A stretch of 64,000 bases of DNA, taken from contig JAWVFA010000045.1 of the NCBI GenBank assembly GCA_033856415.1, positions 33,162-97,161 of the forward strand. The letters run 5' to 3'. The stretch is from Solirubrobacterales bacterium. GTDB lineage: Bacteria; Actinomycetota; Thermoleophilia; Solirubrobacterales; 70-9. Position 1 is the stretch's first letter. Every line of letters starts with the position of its first letter. Under the pieces are notes generated by a model, which saw only the letters and a list, made by a program, of their open reading frames with translations, made no database searches and was not told the DNA's origin. Position numbers and translations under genes: made by a program. Positions 47,798 through 56,203 of this stretch are shown in pieces.

Positions 47798-47972
47798 CGC
47801 CGTCCTCGGCCAGGGCGTCGACCACGAGCATTTGGACGCCCTCAGCGCGGGTCTGCCAGTACCGGTCCTCCTCCTTCATCAGCAGCTTCAGCCCGAGGTC
47901 GCGGTAGAAGCGCGCCAAGCCCTCGACGTCATCGGCCTCGAGCACCAGCTCGCAGATTCCAGCCACGGTCAT
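47787..47972 (-). CDS. Short VOC-like half-domain ORF (possibly a gene remnant)
   Basis: 61 aa. ICELVLEADDVEGLARFYRDLGL resembles the first beta-alpha-beta module of glyoxalase/VOC proteins. Confidence 0.3.
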   Translation of the reverse strand: MTVAGICELVLEADDVEGLARFYRDLGLKLLMKEEDRYWQTRAEGVQMLVVDALAEDGDGA

Positions 47973-48047
47973 AGTCGTGTGTCCCCGCTTCCCCCGCGGT
48001 TCAAGCCTTTCCCGAGTGACGAGAGCGGCCGAAACGCCCGACGAGAT

Positions 48048-48413
48048 CTAGCGGGGCGCGTAGCGCTTGTGGAGCATCAGGGCGTTGCCGGCGGGATCCG
48101 CGAACGGGGCCATGTGGCAGACCCCCGTGTCCAGCGTGTCGGCGCTGAACCCGACGCCCTTCCCTTCGAGCTCTGAGCGGGCGGCTTCGACATCCTCGAC
48201 GTGGAGGGCGATCGGGTGCCCGCTTGGCTCGAAATCCCGGCCGATGGCGGACGCTTCGACGACCTGCAGGGTGAGGCTGCCGGTCTCGAACTCGCCACCG
48301 GGGATTTTCCCGTAGTCAAGGTGCTCGAGGCCGAGAACGTCTCGGTAGAAGCCCACGGCGGCGTCGTAGTCGTCGACGAAGACCACCGCGAAGTCGACGC
48401 CGCTTACCTTCAC
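48048..48413 (-). CDS. VOC (glyoxalase/bleomycin-resistance) family protein
   Basis: VDFAVVFVDDYDAAVGFYRDVLGL...IALHVEDVEAARSELEGKGV...FADPAGNALML. The GTG start overlaps the upstream stop (GTGA). Confidence 0.75.
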   Translation of the reverse strand: MKVSGVDFAVVFVDDYDAAVGFYRDVLGLEHLDYGKIPGGEFETGSLTLQVVEASAIGRDFEPSGHPIALHVEDVEAARSELEGKGVGFSADTLDTGVCHMAPFADPAGNALMLHKRYAPR

Positions 48414-49219
48414 GATCCCGCTCTCGCTGCGCGGGCGATGTAGACGCCCTTGGCGTGGGCTATCTCGTCGAGCGGCTGCTTCGGGATCGCGTCGTGGTGG
48501 TGTCCGAACACGTCGAGGCACTCTAACCCGGCCGCCTCCAGCGCGGCCCGCACCTCGCTCTCGGGGAAGTGGCGCTCGCGGTGCAGCTCGGGAGGGATCG
48601 GCGGCCCCGCCGAGTCGTTCAGCGGCTCGACCTCGAAGCTCGCTTCGGAGATCGTGCCGGGCTCGGCGTCAGGGCTGCTCAATCCCTTCCAGATCATCCG
48701 CCTTCCGTCGCGCTCCACGACCACTTCTTCGGCGAAGAAGTTGCGATAGGCCTCGAGCGTGTTGACGTCGAACATCAGCAATCCGCCTGGGGCGAGGTTG
48801 CGACGCATGCCGGTCAGCGCTTGTTCGAGTTCCTCGGTGCCGAGCAGGTAGTTGACGGCGTCGTCGAGGCAGAAGACGACGTCGAACTCGCCGAAGACTG
48901 GCAGCTCGCGCATGTCGGCGACGGAGAGCTGGACTCGATCGCCGACCTTTTCGCGGGCGATCGCGACCATCGCGGGAGAGATGTCGCAGGCGGTCACCTG
49001 CCAACCTCGCTCGAGCATCGGGATGAAGCTCTTGCCGGTTCCGCAGGCAACGTCGAGCAGGCGCTTGCCGGAAATGCCGTGCTTTTCCAGCTTCGGCATC
49101 AGCATGCCGAGCCAGAGCTCGTAGTCGTGGTGGGCGGTGAAATCGTCGTAGACGGGGGCGATCGCCTGGTAGGCGATCTCGGCCCAGCGCGGCGGTTCTC
49201 CCCCTGGTTCCCCGGTCAC
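48410..49219 (-). CDS. Class I SAM-dependent methyltransferase
   Basis: LLDVACGTGKSFIPM (motif I), ACDISPAMV, and LAPGGLLMFD. Confidence 0.85.
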   Translation of the reverse strand: MTGEPGGEPPRWAEIAYQAIAPVYDDFTAHHDYELWLGMLMPKLEKHGISGKRLLDVACGTGKSFIPMLERGWQVTACDISPAMVAIAREKVGDRVQLSVADMRELPVFGEFDVVFCLDDAVNYLLGTEELEQALTGMRRNLAPGGLLMFDVNTLEAYRNFFAEEVVVERDGRRMIWKGLSSPDAEPGTISEASFEVEPLNDSAGPPIPPELHRERHFPESEVRAALEAAGLECLDVFGHHHDAIPKQPLDEIAHAKGVYIARAARAGS

Positions 49220-49292
49220 GTTTGAGAAGACCTGCGCAAGTTCAGGACAGTTTCCGTTTCAGAAGTGGCAATTTCATGCACCGCTTATGTAG

Positions 49293-49814
49293 GTTCGTTC
49301 AATCAGCACTCCGATAGGGCATCGCCGCGGGAACGACGATGGTTGGGAGTGGGGTGAGGCACAGAGGGTCTGTCTTCGACTGGCGTATCGCTACGCGAGC
49401 AATCCGGGCGAGGCCGAAGACATAGCTCAGGATGCCTTGCTCCGGGCCTGGCGTCGGCGCTCGACCCTGCGCGATCCCGCCAGCCGCAACTACTGGCTGG
49501 CGACGATCGTCCGCAACGAGGCCTTCCGCGAGCACGCCCGGGTGCGGCCCGATCCGACAGCCAAAATCGAGTTCCGGGAGGGGGCCGAGGACGAGGCGGT
49601 GCTGGCGGCGGTCGAGCTCGCCGACCTCCACGCTGCGCTCGAGCTGCTCAGCGATCGCGACCGGCGACTGCTGGAGATGAAATACGAGGAGGACCTGACG
49701 CAAGGAATGATCGCCCGGCGCCTTGGGATCCCGGAGGGGACCGTGAAGGTGCGGCTGCACCGCGCCCGTAACAAGCTGCGACTGCTGTACGCCGGGGCGA
49801 GCACCGCGGGCTGA
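49293..49814 (+). CDS. ECF-type sigma-70 family factor with no canonical start codon for region 2 (possibly a pseudogene or unusual start)
   Basis: In-frame translation gives RLAYRYASNPGEAEDIAQDALLRAW (region 2.1/2.2), NYWLATIVRNEAF (2.3/2.4), and LSDRDRRLLEMKYEEDLTQGMIARRLGIPEGTVKVRLHRARNKL (region 4). The first ATG/GTG/TTG in frame is the TTG at 49437, which falls after region 2.2. Confidence 0.6.
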   Translation, partial: VRSISTPIGHRRGNDDGWEWGEAQRVCLRLAYRYASNPGEAEDIAQDALLRAWRRRSTLRDPASRNYWLATIVRNEAFREHARVRPDPTAKIEFREGAEDEAVLAAVELADLHAALELLSDRDRRLLEMKYEEDLTQGMIARRLGIPEGTVKVRLHRARNKLRLLYAGASTAG

Positions 49815-49867
49815 ACTTCGGACCGCTGTACAACGACCGCCCGGCGGGTCGCGGCGAACATCCCTGC

Positions 49868-50635
49868 ATGGAGATGGCAGACCGTCAGATCGTCGCCTTC
49901 GGCGGTGGCGGCTTCTCGATGGAGTCGGGCAACCCCCTGCTCGACGACTACGTACTCGGGCTGACGAAGGCCGAGCGGCCGCGGGCCTGCTTCCTGCCCT
50001 CCGCCAGCGGCGACGCCGACCACTACATCGTCCGCTTCTATCGCGCCTTCTCCGCCCACCGCTGCGAGCCCACCCATATCTCGCTCTTCCGCCGCGAGCA
50101 AGGGCCGAGCGACCTGCGCCGCCATCTCCTCTCCCAGGACTTGATCTACGTCGGCGGCGGCAGCGTCGTCAGCCTGCTCGGGGTATGGCGCGCCCACGGG
50201 ATCGATTCGATCCTGCGCGAGGCATGGGAATCGGGAGTGGTCCTCTGCGGCCTCTCGGCTGGCTCGCTCTGCTGGTTTGCGGAAGCGGTGAGCGGCTTTC
50301 ACGGCGAGCCGAAACGGCTGCGCGGTCTCGGTCTCCTGCCGTTCAGCAACTGCGTGCATTACGAGCGGGGATCGAAGCGGGGGGAGGCCTACCACTGCTT
50401 CTTGCGCGAAGGGATGTGCGGTGGCTATGCGGCCGAGGACGGCGCGGCCCTCCACTTCCGGGGCGAGGAACTGAGCCGGGTTGTCGCCTCGCGCCCGCAG
50501 GCCCGCGGCTACCGGCTGGACGTAGCCGGCTCGCGAGTGGTGGAGATGCGGATCGCGACCACCTTCCTAGGCGATCGCGATGCGCCACCCGCCGCGCCGT
50601 TGCCGGAGGCGCTCTCGACCGCGCCCGCCGCCTGA
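49868..50635 (+). CDS. Peptidase S51 (dipeptidase E / cyanophycinase-like) family protein
   Basis: IVAFGGGGF...FLPSASGD...IYVGGGS...GLSAGSLCWF (Ser nucleophile context)...VHY. Confidence 0.8.
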   Translation: MEMADRQIVAFGGGGFSMESGNPLLDDYVLGLTKAERPRACFLPSASGDADHYIVRFYRAFSAHRCEPTHISLFRREQGPSDLRRHLLSQDLIYVGGGSVVSLLGVWRAHGIDSILREAWESGVVLCGLSAGSLCWFAEAVSGFHGEPKRLRGLGLLPFSNCVHYERGSKRGEAYHCFLREGMCGGYAAEDGAALHFRGEELSRVVASRPQARGYRLDVAGSRVVEMRIATTFLGDRDAPPAAPLPEALSTAPAA

Positions 50636-51459
50636 TGGCAGCCGAGGGGGGGCTTGCAACGGCAACGCCGGTACGGAGAATCCTCGCCCTGGGCGGGCAC
50701 GAGTTCAGCTCTCGCCCGCCGGACCGGGCGGTGTGCGAGCTGCTCTTGCGATTGGCCGGTGAAAAGGGTGGCGAGCGACCGCGGATTTGCATCCTCCCCA
50801 CCGCTAGCGGCGATACCTCCGACCAGATCGCCAGCTTCTACTCGTCCTTCGGCCAGCGGCACTGCGAGCCCTCCGACGTCTCGCTTTTCCGCCTCGGCCG
50901 GCGACCGATGGAGCTGCGCGACCATCTCCTCTCCCAAGACTTGATTTACGTCGGCGGCGGCAGCCTCCTCAACCTGCTGGCCGTCTGGGAGGCGCATGAC
51001 ATCGCTTCGATGCTCAGCCTCGCCTGGCGCCAGGGCATCGTCCTCGCCGGCCAGAGCGCCGGGGCGATGTGCTGGTTCGAGGCCGGGATCACGAAGTCGT
51101 CGGGAAGGCCGCTGGCCGCCGCCGGCCTTGGCCTCCTGGCCGGCAGCCTCTGCGTCCACTACAACAACGAACCCGAGCGCCGCGCCGCCTACCTCGACGC
51201 GGTGGGCGAGGGGATGCCGGCAGGCTACGGGCTCGACGACTACGCCGGCCTCCTCTGGGAGGGAGAGGGAGCCCCCTCGGCGCTTACCGCTAGGCGCGGC
51301 GCCCGCGCCTACAGGGTCAGTACTCGGGAAGGGAAGGTCGCCGAGTCCCCGCTCCCGGCCCGCTTCCTTCCCGCCCCTGCCCCAGCTGCCCTGCGCGAGG
51401 ACATCGCCGAGTTCCGGCGGATCAAGACGATGCGCAAGCGGGCGGGGTGGCTTGGTTAG
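50635..51459 (+). CDS. Peptidase S51 family protein, tandem paralog
   Basis: ILALGGHEF...ILPTASGD...IYVGGGS...GQSAGAMCWF...VHY. The ATG overlaps the upstream stop (TGATG). Confidence 0.8.
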   Translation: MAAEGGLATATPVRRILALGGHEFSSRPPDRAVCELLLRLAGEKGGERPRICILPTASGDTSDQIASFYSSFGQRHCEPSDVSLFRLGRRPMELRDHLLSQDLIYVGGGSLLNLLAVWEAHDIASMLSLAWRQGIVLAGQSAGAMCWFEAGITKSSGRPLAAAGLGLLAGSLCVHYNNEPERRAAYLDAVGEGMPAGYGLDDYAGLLWEGEGAPSALTARRGARAYRVSTREGKVAESPLPARFLPAPAPAALREDIAEFRRIKTMRKRAGWLG

Positions 51460-51702
51460 AAGAATTCTTACGTACCAAAATCAGACCGGAAGGTGTAAGG
51501 TAGACATCGAAGCACGAGTGACTTCTTACCCGTGCGGAAGGTTGGCGAACTGTAATTTGCAGGGCTTTTTTCGAGCCTAGTGCACAAGTAAGGCTGTGTA
51601 TATGAGGGCGCAAGCGAGGGTCCTTGAAGCTTGGGGAGAAGCGGCAAATGATGCCCGTGTAATTTTGTCCGCGCTCTCCTCATCCATCCCACTCATCTCG
51701 CA

Positions 51703-52659
51703 GTGGCTGGGAAGCCCGTGAAACGCGCCGGGGCAGTCGCGCTTTCCCTGCTCTCGGCGCCGCTGAACGTCCATCTGCTCAAAGCGCTCGAGGACGGGCC
51801 CCTTCCCCTGATCGACCTGCGACGCTCGGTCGGTTCGCCGCCACAGAGCACGATGAGGGTCTACTCGCGGACACTCGTCGACCTCGGCACGCTCGAACGG
51901 CAGCGACAGGCGGCGTTCCCCGGCACGGTCGAGTACGGGAGCACCGACGCCGGCAAGGCGCTGCTCGGAATCGGCGCGATTCTCGAGAACTGGTTGCGCG
52001 AAGCGCCTTCGGGCCCCGTCGCCCTCGGCAGCACCGCCAGCAAGAGCGCGACCAAGGCGCTGGTCGAGGGATGGTCGACGAACATCATCCGGGCGCTCGC
52101 CGCGAAACCACTCTCCCTCACCGACCTGAACCGGCTGATCCCGCGGATCAGCTACCCCTCGCTCGAGCGGCGGCTGGGTGCCCTGCGCCTTGCGGACCTG
52201 GTCGAACCATTTTCCGGGGACGGGCGGGGCACGCCGTACCGGGCTACGCCGTGGCTGCGGCGAGCTATCGTCCCCCTCACCGCGGGTGCATGGTGGGAGC
52301 GGCGGTACCTCGCCGAGCCCCCGACGATCGGCCGGCTCGACGTGGAGGCCACCTTCCTGCTTGCGATCCCGTTGGTTGAGCTGCCCTCTGGGCTGAGCGG
52401 CAAGTGCCGTCTCGCCGTCGAGATCCAGGGGGGCTCCTCGCCGGTCTTCGCCGGCGTGTTGATCTGCATCGAGGACGGCAAAGTCGTCTCCTGCTCCTCA
52501 CGGCTCGAAGGAGAGGCGGACGGTTGGGCCTCGGGAAGTGCCGGTAGCTGGATGCGGCGGATGAGCGGCCGGGATGGCGACCTCGAAGTCGGCGGCGACG
52601 CCGAGCTCGTGCGCGAGATCGTCGATTCGATTCGCAAGAGCGCGCCGGTCAAGGTCTAG
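51703..52659 (+). CDS. Putative transcriptional regulator with two HxlR-like winged-helix domains and a C-terminal SCP2-like domain
   Basis: Two repeats of a wHTH-like pattern (LLKALEDGPLPLIDLRRSV... and IIRALAAKPLSLTDLNRLI...SLERRLGALRLADLV). GTG start. This is a weak family call. Confidence 0.45.
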   Translation: MAGKPVKRAGAVALSLLSAPLNVHLLKALEDGPLPLIDLRRSVGSPPQSTMRVYSRTLVDLGTLERQRQAAFPGTVEYGSTDAGKALLGIGAILENWLREAPSGPVALGSTASKSATKALVEGWSTNIIRALAAKPLSLTDLNRLIPRISYPSLERRLGALRLADLVEPFSGDGRGTPYRATPWLRRAIVPLTAGAWWERRYLAEPPTIGRLDVEATFLLAIPLVELPSGLSGKCRLAVEIQGGSSPVFAGVLICIEDGKVVSCSSRLEGEADGWASGSAGSWMRRMSGRDGDLEVGGDAELVREIVDSIRKSAPVKV

Positions 52660-52880
52660 CGGCTGCGGGTTGCCCGCGCCGTAGTTTGGCGCATCTCCAG
52701 AGTTGCGCACGCGGCGGCCTGCTTATGCGTGTGTGCAGGTAAAAAGGCCGCCCCAGCAGCCAAATAGGTACTGCAAGAGTCTCCTACACACCGTCTTGTT
52801 GAGTGGCGGGCAAAAGAGGGGGACGCTTCCCGCGGGTACAACAAGGAAGGTGGACGAGAGACCATCTTCCCTCCTTGGAG

Positions 52881-52920
52881 AAAGACGTCCACGTCGTGGA
52901 CGTCTTTCTTTTGCCCTTTT
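52881..52920. terminator. Bidirectional intrinsic terminator (ferritin 3' end and plus-strand transcript)
   Basis: AAAGACGTCCAC-gtc-GTGGACGTCTTT followed by CTTTTGCCCTTTT on the plus strand. It lies 17 nt downstream of the ferritin stop on the minus strand, where an A-rich tract precedes it. Confidence 0.6.
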
Positions 52921-52923
52921 CCC

Positions 52924-53454
52924 TTAGCCCTTGTCGGCTGGCGGCGGGGCGGTCGGGTCCGAGCTCTCGTCCCCGAGTTTCTCCCGGGCGATGTAGTCCT
53001 CGGCCAACAGCAGGTTCTCGCGCGAGCGCTCGACCACGTTGAGGAGGTCGCCCATCAGCGCCACCTCCTCCACCTGCTCCTTGACGAACCACTGCAGGAA
53101 CTGCTCGGCGCGGTAGTCCTTCAGCTCCCGGGCGAGCTCGAAGAGGGCGAAGATCTCATCGCTGACCCGGCGCTCCTGCTCGAGCGCCATTCGCACCGGA
53201 GCGCTGCCGTCGGCGAAGCTGGTCTGCTGCGCCTTGATGTCCGGGATCCGGACCTCCTCGCCGACGTCGAGCAGGTAGCGGATCATGATCATCGCGTGCT
53301 CCCGCTCCTCGACCGCCTGGCGGTAGAAGAAGGCGGCGAGGCGGGGCAGCGTCTCGGCGTCGTAGTAGACGGCGGCGGCGATGTACTGCTGGTGGGCGGC
53401 GAACTCGTTGGCGATCTGCTCGTTGAGTGCGTCGGCGAAAGACTGGTCAGGCAT
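52924..53454 (-). CDS. Ferritin (non-heme, Ftn-type)
   Basis: LNEQIANEFAAHQQYIAAAVYY...AVEEREHAMIMIRYL...EQVEEVA are the ferroxidase-centre residues of the ferritin-like four-helix bundle. Confidence 0.88.
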   Translation of the reverse strand: MPDQSFADALNEQIANEFAAHQQYIAAAVYYDAETLPRLAAFFYRQAVEEREHAMIMIRYLLDVGEEVRIPDIKAQQTSFADGSAPVRMALEQERRVSDEIFALFELARELKDYRAEQFLQWFVKEQVEEVALMGDLLNVVERSRENLLLAEDYIAREKLGDESSDPTAPPPADKG

Positions 53455-53483
53455 CTCGGCTCCTTCTCGGGGGTGCCCTCAAC

Positions 53484-54563
53484 CTAAAGCTTCCAGCGGA
53501 AGCCGATCTCCTCGATCGCCGGCTCGAGTGGGCTGCTCGGCAGCCCCGGCTTAGTCGCCTGAGCGGGGTCGTTGTAGCCGCCGGGGGCGACGTCGTTGGG
53601 GGTGTCGGGGTGGAAGATCGAGGCGAGATACTGGATCTGGCCGCGCCCCTGGCCTAGCTCGGTCTGGCCCCCGCCATAGGCGCCGATCCCGCGCTCGGAG
53701 CAGTAGTCGTAGGCGGCGAAGAGGTTGCGGATCGGGCCGAACCGGGAGGGCTTGACATTGACCGTCTTCGGCGGCGACCACGGCATCGCCTCGATGTCGG
53801 CGATCGAGTGGATCGGCGCGTCCCAGGTGACCCGCTCGGACACCGGATTAAGAAGAGGTCTGGTCTCGGGCGTTACGTCTGGGTCCTCGAGCCAGGCCTC
53901 GGGGAAGGTCTCGATCAGCTTCGCGTAGAGCTCGGGATCGGTCTCGACGTCGACCGGGGTGCCTTTGTAGTAGCCCTTGAGGTCGAGCGAGTCGACCGCG
54001 CCCGTCGCCGCCAGGGCCTCGATCAGCTCGTCGTCCCAGTCGTTGGCGGGGTCGAGCTTGAAGCGCAGCGTCGGGTAGACCGCGAGGCGGGCGAGCAGCG
54101 GCTCGATCGAGGAGCGCTCGCCCTCTTCGAAGCCGGCGAGGCGCATCGAGTTGACGAAGTTCACCGGTTGCGGGTCGCGGCCAAGGGCGGCGGCGAGGTT
54201 GGTGCCGGCCTGGCGCAGCGCCAGGTCCAGCGCCGCCGACTCGAACGCCCAGCGGCGGTAGTCGACCGAGACCTCCCCGCGCTCCGGCGGGCCGGCGGGG
54301 AAGAGGTCGATGTCGTCGAGCCGGTCGGAGAGCTCGGCGAAGGTCGAGCTGCCGGCCAGTCCCTCCGGCGGGCCGTGGCTTTGCTGGCCGATGTGGTCGA
54401 CCGCGTCGTAGACCACGTCCTCGCCGATCCCCTCGTGGCCTCCGCCGCGCAACTTGACGATCGTCGTCAGCCGTTCGAAGGAGCCCGCGGTGATTTCGAG
54501 CCCCTCGAACTCACAACTCTCAATCTCTAGCGGTAGGTCCGCGATCGCATCGAAGCTGGCCAC
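53484..54563 (-). CDS. Enolase-superfamily (mandelate racemase/muconate-lactonizing-like) protein
   Basis: The barrel-domain pattern is present: LRFKLDP (metal Asp), WLEDP (metal Glu), NVKPSRFG...GAYGGGQTELGQG. The specific function is unknown. Confidence 0.5.
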   Translation of the reverse strand: MASFDAIADLPLEIESCEFEGLEITAGSFERLTTIVKLRGGGHEGIGEDVVYDAVDHIGQQSHGPPEGLAGSSTFAELSDRLDDIDLFPAGPPERGEVSVDYRRWAFESAALDLALRQAGTNLAAALGRDPQPVNFVNSMRLAGFEEGERSSIEPLLARLAVYPTLRFKLDPANDWDDELIEALAATGAVDSLDLKGYYKGTPVDVETDPELYAKLIETFPEAWLEDPDVTPETRPLLNPVSERVTWDAPIHSIADIEAMPWSPPKTVNVKPSRFGPIRNLFAAYDYCSERGIGAYGGGQTELGQGRGQIQYLASIFHPDTPNDVAPGGYNDPAQATKPGLPSSPLEPAIEEIGFRWKL

Positions 54564-54575
54564 GCTTGGAGCCTA

Positions 54576-54640
54576 GAGGAGTCGGGCGAGGGTCTCCGGA
54601 CCCTCCCCGCTGTTGTCCGGAGACCCTCGCCCGACTCCTC
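54576..54640. repeat. Palindromic element: 25-bp perfect stem with 15-nt loop CCCTCCCCGCTGTTG
   Basis: GAGGAGTCGGGCGAGGGTCTCCGGA (54576-54600) is the exact reverse complement of 54616-54640. The loop is the reverse complement of the loop core of the birA element. The right arm touches the decarboxylase stop codon. Confidence 0.85.
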
Positions 54641-56108
54641 AACGCGTCACTCGAAGAGTCTTCAGCTCCCGGTCCGAGCTCCCGCGGACATAGCCGCCAT
54701 GCGCCACGCTTTCGCGGATGAACTCGAGCGTCTCCGCCGTCAGTCGCTCGCCGGGGAGGACGTTGGGGATCCCGGGCGGGTAGGCGGCGAGCCCCTCGGC
54801 GGCGATCCGGCCCGCGGCGCTCTCGAAGGGGACGACTTCCTGGGGCCCGAGGAAGGCTTCCCGCGGGGTCAGCACCAGCTCGCCCCAGGGCGGCGCCGGC
54901 GCCAGCTTCTCGTCCGGCTCTCCCGGCGTTTCCTCCAGCTCCGTGACCGCCGTGCGCAATCCGGCGACGAGCCGCTCGCCCGCCGCCTCGGTCGGCTCGC
55001 CGACGCCGAAGATGGCGACGACCACGTTGCCCGAGTAGAGCTCGAGGTCGATCTCCGAGACGTGGAAGGCGGCTTTCCAGAGGCGCTGGGCGCTGGAGCC
55101 GGTTCCCCGCACGTCGATCCCGAGCCGCATCGGGTCCCAGCCGGCGACCCCGGGCCGGCCGACCATCCGCTCGTCGAGAACGTCGAGGCCGGGGATCCCG
55201 CGGATCTGCTCACGGATCCCGGCCAGCGCCTCGAGCGCTTCGCCGAGCATCTCCTCGCCGTGGACCGAGACCTGGCGGCGGGCGGCGTCGAGCGAGCCGG
55301 AGAGCAGGCCGCTGGGGCTGGTGGTCTCGACCAGGCTGACGCAGCGGTCGACGACGGCGTCGTCGATGCGGCCGCCGCGTCCGACGTGCAGCATCGCCGC
55401 CTGGGTAAGGCTGCCGACGATCTTGTGGGTCGAGGAGGTGACGAGGTCGGCGCCGGACTCCAGGGCGGCCGTCGGCAGGCCGGGGTGGAAGTGGAGGTGC
55501 GCGCCCCAGGCCTCGTCTACCACCAGGGGCACGCCGCGCGAGTGCGCCACCTCGACCAGGGCCGCGACGTCGGCGCAAGCGCCGAAGTAGGTCGGCGAGA
55601 CGACCAGCGCAGCCACCGCCTCCGGCGTCTCGTCGAGCGCCGCCGCCAGCGAGTCCGGCGTCAGGCCGTGGGCGATGCCCAGCTCGGGGTCGAGCTCGGG
55701 GGCGACGAAGGTCGGCCGCATGCCGCTGAGGACCAGCCCGTCGATCACCGAGGAGTGGACGTTGCGCTGGACCACGACGCGGTCGCCGCCGTGGGCGAGC
55801 GCCATCATCGTCGCGTGGTTTCCCTGTGAGGCGCCGTTGATCAGGAACCAGGTGCGGCCGGCGCCCCAGGCATCGGCGGCGAGCTGCTGCGCTTCCTGGA
55901 AGGGGGTCGGTTCGGGACCGACGTCGACGCCCTCGGTGACCGAAGGAATGTCGTTGCGCAGCCCCGCCTCGCCGACCAGCTCGACCATCGCCGGGTCGGC
56001 GCCGAGGCCGCCCTTGTGGCCCGGGACCTGGAAGCGACCGGGGTCGAGCTTCGCGTAGGCCAGCAGGGCGTTGACGTAAGGAGTGGAGTCCTGACCATCT
56101 CCTGGCAT
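54639..56108 (-). CDS. Orn/Lys/Arg decarboxylase family PLP enzyme (biosynthetic arginine/lysine decarboxylase type)
   Basis: FQVPGHKGG...NGASQGNH...SSTHKIVGSLTQAAMLH (PLP Lys). Length is 489 aa. Confidence 0.85.
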   Translation of the reverse strand: MPGDGQDSTPYVNALLAYAKLDPGRFQVPGHKGGLGADPAMVELVGEAGLRNDIPSVTEGVDVGPEPTPFQEAQQLAADAWGAGRTWFLINGASQGNHATMMALAHGGDRVVVQRNVHSSVIDGLVLSGMRPTFVAPELDPELGIAHGLTPDSLAAALDETPEAVAALVVSPTYFGACADVAALVEVAHSRGVPLVVDEAWGAHLHFHPGLPTAALESGADLVTSSTHKIVGSLTQAAMLHVGRGGRIDDAVVDRCVSLVETTSPSGLLSGSLDAARRQVSVHGEEMLGEALEALAGIREQIRGIPGLDVLDERMVGRPGVAGWDPMRLGIDVRGTGSSAQRLWKAAFHVSEIDLELYSGNVVVAIFGVGEPTEAAGERLVAGLRTAVTELEETPGEPDEKLAPAPPWGELVLTPREAFLGPQEVVPFESAAGRIAAEGLAAYPPGIPNVLPGERLTAETLEFIRESVAHGGYVRGSSDRELKTLRVTR

Positions 56109-56203
56109 CGGGTCGAGTCTACGGGTCGCGTTCGGGGCGGTTGGACAAATTTGCCGCCGATCTTTGGACAGAGCCGACGAGCGCGTTGCTGGAGAATCCA
56201 GGG

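Noticed and set aside
47787-47972. 61-aa VOC-like half-domain ORF as a possible novel mini-protein.
   Set aside because: It looks like a single beta-alpha-beta-beta-beta module next to a full VOC gene. It is more parsimoniously a remnant or a chance ORF. I kept it only as a low-confidence feature.
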